A stretch of 64,000 nucleotides of DNA from Candidatus Bipolaricaulota bacterium (lineage in GTDB: Bacteria > Bipolaricaulota > Bipolaricaulia > Bipolaricaulales > Bipolaricaulaceae), in the NCBI GenBank assembly GCA_037442305.1, contig JBBIQN010000010.1, positions 394-64,393 of the forward strand. The letters run 5' to 3'. Numbering within the stretch: the stretch's first letter is position 1; each line of letters starts with the position of its first letter. This document shows, one piece after another, positions 8,514 through 16,392 of this stretch. Both the position numbers and the translations under genes were made by a program. The notes beneath the pieces are model-generated. The model did no database searches. It saw only the letters and a program-made list of their open reading frames with translations, and had not been told where the DNA came from.

Positions 8514-10582
8514 GAATAACGAACCACCCAATTCTCCCCACCCTACGGGGGGAACCGTTCCCGTTCACGTTTGGGGGGAAGGTGCTCCTCGGCTACCCCG
8601 GGGAGACGATCGCCGCTGCCCTGTTCGCCTCCGGGATCCGCACGTTCGGGCACCATCCAAAGGATGGGGCACCTCAGGGGATCTTCTGCGCCAACGGTCA
8701 GTGCGCGCAGTGCCTGGTGATCGCGGACGGCCGGCCCCTGAAGGCATGCATGACGTTTGTCGAGGCGGGGATGCGGGTCGAGCCCGCGGAAGGGCTCCCC
8801 AAACTGCCCCGCGTCGCCGCGCCCCCCACGATGAAGGACATCAGGCGGATCGAGGTCCCCGCCCTCGTGATCGGAGGGGGACCGGCCGGGATGTCGGCAG
8901 CGATCGAGCTTGGGGGCCGCCGGATCCGAACCCTCCTTATCGACGACAAGCACACGCTCGGGGGAAAGCTCGTCCTCCAGACCCACCGCTTCTTCGGCTC
9001 TACAGAAGCCGTGTTCGCGGGAACACGGGGGATCGACATCGCCACGCGCCTGGAGGGGGAGGTCCGCGCGCAGGGGTCGGTCGAGGTATGGCTTGGCTCC
9101 ACTGCGCTTGCTGTGTACAGCGACCGGGCGGTGGGGATCCTCCACGCGGGAAAGGAGTACGTCCTCGTCGCCCCTGAGGTCCTCCTCGTCGCGGCCGGGG
9201 CGCGGGAGAGGTCGCTTCTGTTCAAGGGGAACACTCTTCCCGGCGTGTACGGGGCAGGGGCGTTCCAGACCCTCGTCAACCGCGACCTCGTGCGAGCGGC
9301 GGAGAAGCTGTTCATCGTCGGGGGGGGGAACGTCGGCCTCATCGCCGGCTACCACGCCCTCCAGGCCGGGATCGAGGTCGTGGGCTTGGTCGAGGCGTTG
9401 CCCGAGTGCGGGGGGTACAAGGTCCACCGCGATAAGCTCGCCCGCCTCGGGATCCCAATCTACACGTCACACACGATCCTCTCCGCGAACGGCGCGGAAC
9501 AAGTGGAATCGGTGACGATCGTCCAGCTGGACAAGTCGTTCCGGTCGATCCCGGGGACGGAGAAAACGTACGGGTGCGACACGGTGCTCGTGGCGGTCGG
9601 GCTCGACCCAGTGGACGAGTTCTACCGCAAGGCCCAGGAGTACGGGATGCGGGCGTTCGCCGCCGGCGACGCCCAAGAGATCGCGGAGGCCTCGGCGGCC
9701 ATCTTCTCCGGGAAGATCGCGGGCCGCAGGATCGCCCGGGAACTGGGGGAGACAGGGATCGAAATCCCTTCCGAGTGGGAGCGGATGGCGGAGATCCTGA
9801 AGTCCAAACCTGGGGCACGCCGCGCTCCCCAGCCTCCGGCGATCCGGGAGGGCGTGGTGCCCGTGCTCCACTGCCACGAGGAGATCCCGTGCGACCCCTG
9901 CACCTCGGTGTGCCCGCAGGGTCTCCTCCGCATTGACCCGGCGGACATCCGCAAGCTCCCGGAGTACGTGACGGTGGACGAGACGCCGTGTCTGGGATGC
10001 GAGAGGTGCGTGGTCGCCTGCCCAGGGCTCGCGGTCACCCTGGTGGACTCCCGCCGTAACCAAGCGAATCCCACAGTCACGGTTCCCGTCGAGCTTGGCC
10101 CGGGCGCGGTGCGGGAGGGGGACGAGGTCACAGCAGTGGACGTCGCGGGGAAGGATCTCGGGGAGTTCACGGTCGCGGCGGTCCAGGAAACGAGACGCAA
10201 CGACCGCACCGTGCTGGTCAAGCTCTCCGTGCCCGGGGAGCTGGCGCCCCGGGTCGCTGGGATCCGTCTCGCCCGGTGGACCTGCGAACCCTTCCCCCAG
10301 CCCGCGGTGCGCCTCTCAGACGACGAGATCCTGTGCCGCTGCGAGCGGGTGACGGTGGAGGAGGTGCGGGCCCTCATCCGCCAAGGCGTCCGGGACATGA
10401 ACGAGATCAAGGCCGTCACCCGCGCGGGGATGGGGGCCTGCGGCGGAAAGACGTGCGGCCCGCTCCTGCGGCGCCTGTTCCGGGAAGAAGGGGTCCCCAT
10501 GGAGGAGGCCACGGACTACGTTCCCCGGCCGCTCTTTATGGAAGTGCCCCTCGGTCGTTTCGCCGGGGCGAAGGAAGAATGA
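8510..10582 (+). CDS. Fused 2Fe-2S / FAD-NAD oxidoreductase / ferredoxin / BFD-like protein (proline dehydrogenase or sarcosine oxidase alpha-like)
   Basis: CANGQCAQC, GGGPAG, GGGNVG, CDPCTSVCP, CLGCERCVVACP, CRCE...CGGKTC. Confidence 0.88.
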   Translation: MRITNHPILPTLRGEPFPFTFGGKVLLGYPGETIAAALFASGIRTFGHHPKDGAPQGIFCANGQCAQCLVIADGRPLKACMTFVEAGMRVEPAEGLPKLPRVAAPPTMKDIRRIEVPALVIGGGPAGMSAAIELGGRRIRTLLIDDKHTLGGKLVLQTHRFFGSTEAVFAGTRGIDIATRLEGEVRAQGSVEVWLGSTALAVYSDRAVGILHAGKEYVLVAPEVLLVAAGARERSLLFKGNTLPGVYGAGAFQTLVNRDLVRAAEKLFIVGGGNVGLIAGYHALQAGIEVVGLVEALPECGGYKVHRDKLARLGIPIYTSHTILSANGAEQVESVTIVQLDKSFRSIPGTEKTYGCDTVLVAVGLDPVDEFYRKAQEYGMRAFAAGDAQEIAEASAAIFSGKIAGRRIARELGETGIEIPSEWERMAEILKSKPGARRAPQPPAIREGVVPVLHCHEEIPCDPCTSVCPQGLLRIDPADIRKLPEYVTVDETPCLGCERCVVACPGLAVTLVDSRRNQANPTVTVPVELGPGAVREGDEVTAVDVAGKDLGEFTVAAVQETRRNDRTVLVKLSVPGELAPRVAGIRLARWTCEPFPQPAVRLSDDEILCRCERVTVEEVRALIRQGVRDMNEIKAVTRAGMGACGGKTCGPLLRRLFREEGVPMEEATDYVPRPLFMEVPLGRFAGAKEE

Positions 10583-11730
10583 ACGCCTACGACGTGGTCG
10601 TGATCGGGTCGGGAAGCGTGGGGACGCCCGCGGCGTTCTTCCTCGCCCGGTCTGGGCTCAGGGTCCTCGTCCTCGACCGAAGCCCCAGCGTAGGCCAGGG
10701 TTCGAACAAGGCAGCGATCGGCGGGATCCGCGCCACCCATTCCGACCCGGCCAAAATCCGCCTCTGCCAGCGCACGATCGAGATCCTGGCGAGCTGGGAG
10801 GAAACCCACGGCCACGACATCGAGTGGCGAAGCGGGGGGTACGCGTTCGTGGCCTACACCCCCCGCGAAGAACGGGCCCTCAAGGACCTCCTTGTGATCC
10901 AGCATGAGCACGGTTTGGCCATTGAATGGCTCGATGGGCCAGCCCTCCTCGAGGTTGTGCCTGACCTCAACCCGGCCAGGCTCATCGGGGGGACCCACTC
11001 CCCCCATGATGGCCACTGTTCTCCTCTCCTCCTTTGCCACGCGTTCTACGACGAGGCCCGGAGACTGGGGGCCACGTTCCGGTTCGGGGAGGAAGTCACG
11101 GGGATCAAGGTCCGGGGGGGAAGGGTGCGGGCGGTGCAGACGGACAAGGGCCGCTACGAGACGGAGGTTGTGGTCAACGCCGCCGGGGCGTGGGCCCGCG
11201 GGGTGGGAAAGCTCGTCGGGCTCGATCACCCTGTTCACCCGGATTCCCACGAGGCCGGGGTCACCGAGCCCGTGGCCCACTTCCTCGACCCGATGGTCGT
11301 GGACACCCGGCCCAGGCCGGGGTCGTCCAATTGCTACTTCCATCAGCTTGCCTCGGGGCAGATCACGTTCTGTATTACTCCTCAACCCCCGATCGTGGGC
11401 GAGGACTGCCGGGAGACGAGCGCGTTTCTCCCCACGGTTGCCCGGCGGATGGTCGAGGTCATGCCGAGGCTCGCCAACCTACGGGTGCGGCGGACGTGGC
11501 GGGGCCTCTATCCGATGACGCCGGACGGATCCCCGCTCGTGGGGTGGGCAGAGGAGGTCGCGGGGTACGCGATGGCGATCGGGATGTGCGGGCAAGGGGT
11601 GATGCTTGGGCCGGGCTTGGGCGAACTCCTCGCCCGGATGATCACCGCCTCCCTGCTCCCCAACGACGAGGCGGTCCTCCGCATCCTCTCCCCGCTCCGG
11701 GCGTTCACAACCCACGAGGCCCTCAAGTGA
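10579..11730 (+). CDS. FAD-dependent amino-acid oxidoreductase (DAO / sarcosine oxidase beta / PdhB family)
   Basis: DVVVIGSGSVG, VVNAAGAW, WRGLYPMTPDG; ATGA overlap with the upstream gene. Confidence 0.9.
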   Translation: MNAYDVVVIGSGSVGTPAAFFLARSGLRVLVLDRSPSVGQGSNKAAIGGIRATHSDPAKIRLCQRTIEILASWEETHGHDIEWRSGGYAFVAYTPREERALKDLLVIQHEHGLAIEWLDGPALLEVVPDLNPARLIGGTHSPHDGHCSPLLLCHAFYDEARRLGATFRFGEEVTGIKVRGGRVRAVQTDKGRYETEVVVNAAGAWARGVGKLVGLDHPVHPDSHEAGVTEPVAHFLDPMVVDTRPRPGSSNCYFHQLASGQITFCITPQPPIVGEDCRETSAFLPTVARRMVEVMPRLANLRVRRTWRGLYPMTPDGSPLVGWAEEVAGYAMAIGMCGQGVMLGPGLGELLARMITASLLPNDEAVLRILSPLRAFTTHEALK

Positions 11731-12625
11731 ACTGAGCGGGGGAGCCTCGCCCCGGGCCTTCCTGCCCGGCTTGAACGGAGGACGAAAGCAGCTGGCGCAC
11801 CGATGCAAGGATCTGCGCCCACGGGTCCCCCTCGAGGTCAGCTCCCCTGAGCGGGGCGCCAAAACCAACGCGCGGAACAAGGGGGATCCTCTTTCCCCTC
11901 ATCTGTTGGACGAACTGGAGGACCATCGCCATCCGCTGGCGGGGGAGTCTCCCCCGGCGAAGCCAGGTGACGGGGTGGCGCACATACCGCTGGGCCAACA
12001 CGCCGCTCACGATCGCCGGCACGACCGTGGCCTCGGGCACGGCGCGGAGGAAGAGTTCGATGCTCCGCGACCAGCGCGAGAGCTCGGCCTCCGCCCCGCG
12101 CATCGTCGCCGGATCCGGCTCCAGCCGTCCGCCGGCGAAGAGGAGGAGAGCCCCTCCTTGCTGCAGGTGCCGGATCCCTTCCCGGACCGCCCCCGCCCGC
12201 CGCGCCTGTTCGGCTGGGGCGGAAATGAGGTGGGGTTCCACGTGCGGCAAGTACTCCAGGAACGGCATGGGCCAGGTCAGGATCCGCAAGTCGTCGCGAC
12301 CGGAGCTCGCCGCAAGGGCGAGGGCGTCCACCGACCCAGGGTGATTGGCCACGATGAGCACGGGTCCTGCCGGGGGCATAGCCTCCGCCCCCTCCACCCG
12401 GAGGCCGGTCGAGAGTCGGGAGAGCGTCCACCGCGCGGCAGCCACGAGCCCTTCCTCGGCCACAAGGCGATCGCAGGTCGCCGCCACCTCGGCAAACCGC
12501 GTCACCGCCGGGGAGATGACCCGCACCAGGGCCCGCCCAGGCAGGCTGTCCCCCGAACGCCCCACCACCGCCAGCACCTGTGCCGCGATCCTTCGCTCCC
12601 ACTCGCGGGCCTCGATGTAGGGCAT
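11723..12625 (-). CDS. PlsC-superfamily acyltransferase
   Basis: VLIVANHPGSVD (HX4D motif). Confidence 0.75.
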   Translation of the reverse strand: MPYIEAREWERRIAAQVLAVVGRSGDSLPGRALVRVISPAVTRFAEVAATCDRLVAEEGLVAAARWTLSRLSTGLRVEGAEAMPPAGPVLIVANHPGSVDALALAASSGRDDLRILTWPMPFLEYLPHVEPHLISAPAEQARRAGAVREGIRHLQQGGALLLFAGGRLEPDPATMRGAEAELSRWSRSIELFLRAVPEATVVPAIVSGVLAQRYVRHPVTWLRRGRLPRQRMAMVLQFVQQMRGKRIPLVPRVGFGAPLRGADLEGDPWAQILASVRQLLSSSVQAGQEGPGRGSPAQFT

Positions 12626-12763
12626 CCTCCCCCCTCGCGCGAGCCAGTGGTGCTGAGCCCAGTCTACTCAGGGACGCCGGCGGCCGCCCATCCCCGCCGC
12701 GGCGCAAAGCGGGTATCCTTCCCGGCAGCACCGAGGAACCGACCTCGGAGGAGGCCAGCAACC

Positions 12764-12985
12764 ATGGAAGACAAGGTTCAAGAAGCGTTGGAGGGGATCC
12801 GAACGTACCTGCAGGCGGATGGGGGGGACGTCGAGCTTGTGGAGGTCACGGAAGGAGGAGTCGTGCGGGTGAGGCTCACCGGGGCGTGCCACGGGTGCCC
12901 GATGGCCGCGATGACCCTCCAGAACACGATCGAGCGGATGCTCAAGGAAGAGGTGCCGGAGGTCGTGGCGGTCGAGACGGCCTGA
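12764..12985 (+). CDS. NifU-like (Nfu) Fe-S scaffold protein
   Basis: LQADGGDVEL...LTGACHGCP; GGAGG RBS. Confidence 0.92.
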   Translation: MEDKVQEALEGIRTYLQADGGDVELVEVTEGGVVRVRLTGACHGCPMAAMTLQNTIERMLKEEVPEVVAVETA

Positions 12986-13008
12986 GCGAAACCGCAAAGG
13001 GGGAGGAG

Positions 13009-14454
13009 ATGGAAGAACTCATCCACGAAGGCTTGAACGCGCTTGAAGCGCTCGGGGCAGACTACGGGGAGGTGCGCGCCGAGCACCGCACCGAGGAGAA
13101 CGTGAGCGTCAAGAACCGCGAGGTGGATTCCCTCTCTCGCCGCGAGTCCCACGGGATCGGGATCCGCGTGTTCCACAACGGAGCATGGGGCTTCGCAGCG
13201 ACCGCGGACACAACGAAGACGGCGATCCGGCGGACGGCGAAATCCGCCCTTGCCATCGCCGAGGCGACGGCGTCCGTGCAGCGGACACGGGTGGAACTCG
13301 CCCCCGAGCCTCCCCACCGGGCCTCGTTCGCGAGCGCCCACCGGCGCGATCCCCTCGCCGTCCCCCTGGAGGAGAAGCTTGCCCTTCTCTTCTCCTGTAG
13401 CGACCGGATCCTCGCCGTCCCCGGGGTCGCGATGGCCAAGGGGTCCATCTCCTCCTGGCGGGTGGAGAAGGTGTTCGGAAATACGACAGGAAGCCTCATC
13501 CGCCAGTCGCTCACGAGCTGCGGGGCGGGAATCGAGGCCTACGCCGCGGGAGCGGGCGAGTTCCAGCGCCGCTCGTACCCGTGCGCGTTCGGAGGGGACT
13601 ACGCGAGCTTAGGCTACGAGTTCATCGAGGGGCTCGATCTCCTCTCCCACGCTCCGCGGATCGCGGAGGAAGCCGTGGCCCTCCTCTCCGCTCCGATCTG
13701 CCCTTCCGGCATCTACGACATCATCCTCGAGGGGTCCCAGCTCGCGCTCCAGGTCCACGAGTCGGTCGGGCACCCCACCGAGCTCGACCGCGTTTTGGGA
13801 ACCGAGCTCTCCTACGCCGGAGGGAGTTTCCTTTCCTTGGACAAGCGGGGGAGCTTCCGGTACGGATCGGAGATCGTGAACCTCGTCGCCGACGCAACGG
13901 TTCCCGGCGGGCTAGGGACGTTTGGGTACGACGACGAGGGTGTCCCCGCCCAGCGGGTGGACCTCGTGAAGGAGGGCTTGTTCGTGGGGTACCTCACCTC
14001 CCGCGACACAGCCCCCACGATCAGCGCCCGCCGGAGCGGAGGAGCAGCGCGGGCGTCAAGCTGGGCGAGGATCCCCATCGTCCGGATGACGAACATCAAC
14101 CTTCTTCCCCGGGAAGGGACACTGGAGGACCTCCTCCGGGACACGAAACACGGGATCTACTTCGCGACGAACAAGTCGTGGTCCATTGACGACCGGCGGG
14201 TGAACTTCCAGTTCGGGACCGAGATCGCCTGGGAGATCGAGGACGGGCGGATGACAAGGATCCTCAGGAACCCCTTGTACACCGGGATCACGCCCCAGTT
14301 CTGGGGCTCCTGCGTGGCGATCGCCGGGCCAGGGGAGTGGCGGATGTGGGGGGTGCCCAACTGCGGCAAAGGCGAGCCGGGGCAGGTGATGCAGGTCGGG
14401 CATGGCACAGCTCCGGCCAAGTTCACCAAGGTCCAGGTGCGAGGGGCCGGATGA
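13009..14454 (+). CDS. tldD: TldD/PmbA-family metalloprotease (TldD type)
   Basis: HESVGH, GYDDEG, RMTN, CGKGEPGQ. Confidence 0.92.
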   Translation: MEELIHEGLNALEALGADYGEVRAEHRTEENVSVKNREVDSLSRRESHGIGIRVFHNGAWGFAATADTTKTAIRRTAKSALAIAEATASVQRTRVELAPEPPHRASFASAHRRDPLAVPLEEKLALLFSCSDRILAVPGVAMAKGSISSWRVEKVFGNTTGSLIRQSLTSCGAGIEAYAAGAGEFQRRSYPCAFGGDYASLGYEFIEGLDLLSHAPRIAEEAVALLSAPICPSGIYDIILEGSQLALQVHESVGHPTELDRVLGTELSYAGGSFLSLDKRGSFRYGSEIVNLVADATVPGGLGTFGYDDEGVPAQRVDLVKEGLFVGYLTSRDTAPTISARRSGGAARASSWARIPIVRMTNINLLPREGTLEDLLRDTKHGIYFATNKSWSIDDRRVNFQFGTEIAWEIEDGRMTRILRNPLYTGITPQFWGSCVAIAGPGEWRMWGVPNCGKGEPGQVMQVGHGTAPAKFTKVQVRGAG

Positions 14455-14762
14455 TCGTGTGCGAGTTCACGATCACCCCGATTGGTGCCGGGGAGTCCCT
14501 CTCCGCCTACGTCGCCCGCTGCGAGAGGATCGTGCAGGAGAGCGGACTACCCCACATGCTCACCCCGATGGGGACGGTCGTGGAGGGGGAGTGGGACGAG
14601 GTGTTGGCCGTGATCCGGGCCTGCCACATGGTGGTGCGGGCCGATTGCCGCCGTGTGTCCACCCTCATCAAGATCGACGACCGCGAGAGCCCGCCGGGAC
14701 GGCTCGAGCAGAAGGTGCGCTCGGTGGAGGAGAAGCTTCAGGCGAACGCAAAACGCTCCTAG
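14451..14762 (+). CDS. MTH1187/YkoF-family thiamine-binding protein
   Basis: SLSAYVA, LTPMGTVVEG, IKIDDR. Confidence 0.88.
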   Translation: MIVCEFTITPIGAGESLSAYVARCERIVQESGLPHMLTPMGTVVEGEWDEVLAVIRACHMVVRADCRRVSTLIKIDDRESPPGRLEQKVRSVEEKLQANAKRS

Positions 14763-15577
14763 ATCAGGGCGAACACGTAGCGCATGAGGAAGTAGTACAC
14801 AGGGAGGGCAGCGAGAATCCCGTCGATCCGGTCAAGCATCCCCCCGTGCCCGGGGAAGAGACGCCCTGTGTCCTTCACCCCCGCGGCCCGCTTCACCAGG
14901 GATTCGAACAGGTCCCCAAGCTGGCAGAACAGGCCCACCCCTAGCCCGAGGAGGGCGATGGGAACGATCCACCGCAGGGGAGCGCTCAGGAACTCCGGGA
15001 GGAGGGCCGCGGCCACCATGGCCAGGATCACGCCCCCGACCACCCCTTCCCACGTCTTGGCAAGCGAGATCCGGGGAAGAAGCTGGTGCCGCCCGATCAG
15101 GCTTCCCACGAAGTACGCCCCGGAGTCGTAGCCCCATACGATGAGGAGGAAGTGGGCGATGTACGGGAACCCTGGCTTGTAGAGAAGGTAGACGAAACTC
15201 AGCGTGACCGGGATGTACAGGAAACCGAAGATCCCCGCAAGGGACGCGAAAAAACCCTCCCGCGCCCCGCGCCGGGAGAAGCTGTAGAACACGATGAAGT
15301 ACACCACGCCCCACGCCACGACGAGGGCGTACTGTCCACCCCACGGCACGAGGAGCATGAGGTAGGCCGGGATCGCGAACATGAAGAGCTCTCGGGGAAG
15401 GGAGATCCCGAGGTTCCCTACAAGGTGGAGGTACTCCCACCCCGCGACCATCGCCACCCCCGATAGGAAGAGGCATACTCCCCAGTCGAGCTCGTAGCGA
15501 TCGCAGGCCCAGAACACGGCGAGGACGAACGGGATAACAACGGCGGCGGTGAGGAGCCGCCTGGCCAGGGAGGTCAC
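14759..15577 (-). CDS. cdsA: Phosphatidate cytidylyltransferase
   Basis: DSGAYFVG, KTWEG, GDLFES..KR..GVKD, PGHGGMLDRID. Confidence 0.95.
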   Translation of the reverse strand: MTSLARRLLTAAVVIPFVLAVFWACDRYELDWGVCLFLSGVAMVAGWEYLHLVGNLGISLPRELFMFAIPAYLMLLVPWGGQYALVVAWGVVYFIVFYSFSRRGAREGFFASLAGIFGFLYIPVTLSFVYLLYKPGFPYIAHFLLIVWGYDSGAYFVGSLIGRHQLLPRISLAKTWEGVVGGVILAMVAAALLPEFLSAPLRWIVPIALLGLGVGLFCQLGDLFESLVKRAAGVKDTGRLFPGHGGMLDRIDGILAALPVYYFLMRYVFALI

Positions 15578-16347
15578 GGTGCCACCTTCCCGAACCGCCG
15601 CCGGCGACCCTGGTAGTCCTGGACTGCAACAAGAAGCGCCTGCTCATCGAAGTCCGGCCACAGGGTCGAGGTGAAGTAGAGCTCGGCGTAGGCCGCTTCC
15701 CAAAGATAGAAGTTCGAGATCCTCTGTTCCTCGCCGGTGCGGACGATGAGGTCGGGCTCGGGCATCTCAGCCGTGGGAAGGAGGAGGGAGAACCGCGCCA
15801 TGTCCAGTTCCTCGGGGACGAGCGCCCCATCCCGAGCGAGGGCCATCGCCCGCCGCGCCCCCTCGAGGATGCTCCACCGCCCCCCGAAGTTCAGCCCCAC
15901 TGCCAGGTGGAGGGCATCCCCACCCCGCGTCCGTTCCTCGACCCCGGCAATCGCCTCCCGTAGCGAGCAAGGCAACCCCTCCACCGCCCCGAGCACGCGG
16001 AGGCGGATCTTCCGCTCCACGAACTCCCCTTCTCGGCCGCGGAGGAACCCCTCGAGGAGAGAAAACAGGGACTCCACTTCCTCCCGCGGCCGGTTCCAGT
16101 TCTCGGTGGAGAAGGCGAACAGGCTCAACCAAGGGAACAGGCGCTCCTGGGCCACGAAGCGAACGAGCCGCTCGGCGGCCTTCACCCCCTGGCGGTGCCC
16201 CTCCATCCGCGGGAGCCCGCGCCCCTGGGCCCAGCGGCCGTTTCCGTCCATGACGAGGGCCACGTGGCACGGAAGCGGCCGCGCCCGCACCCCCTCCAGA
16301 AGCGCGGCCTGCGTCTTGGTTCCCCTGGTTGCATCCCTCATCGCCAT
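15574..16347 (-). CDS. uppS: Undecaprenyl diphosphate synthase
   Basis: HVALVMDGNGRWA, FSTENW, RTGEEQRISNF. Confidence 0.96.
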   Translation of the reverse strand: MAMRDATRGTKTQAALLEGVRARPLPCHVALVMDGNGRWAQGRGLPRMEGHRQGVKAAERLVRFVAQERLFPWLSLFAFSTENWNRPREEVESLFSLLEGFLRGREGEFVERKIRLRVLGAVEGLPCSLREAIAGVEERTRGGDALHLAVGLNFGGRWSILEGARRAMALARDGALVPEELDMARFSLLLPTAEMPEPDLIVRTGEEQRISNFYLWEAAYAELYFTSTLWPDFDEQALLVAVQDYQGRRRRFGKVAP

Positions 16348-16392
16348 CTTCTCCTTGGAGCGTGCCGGGCCCCTGGTGGTTCCCGTCAGGCT

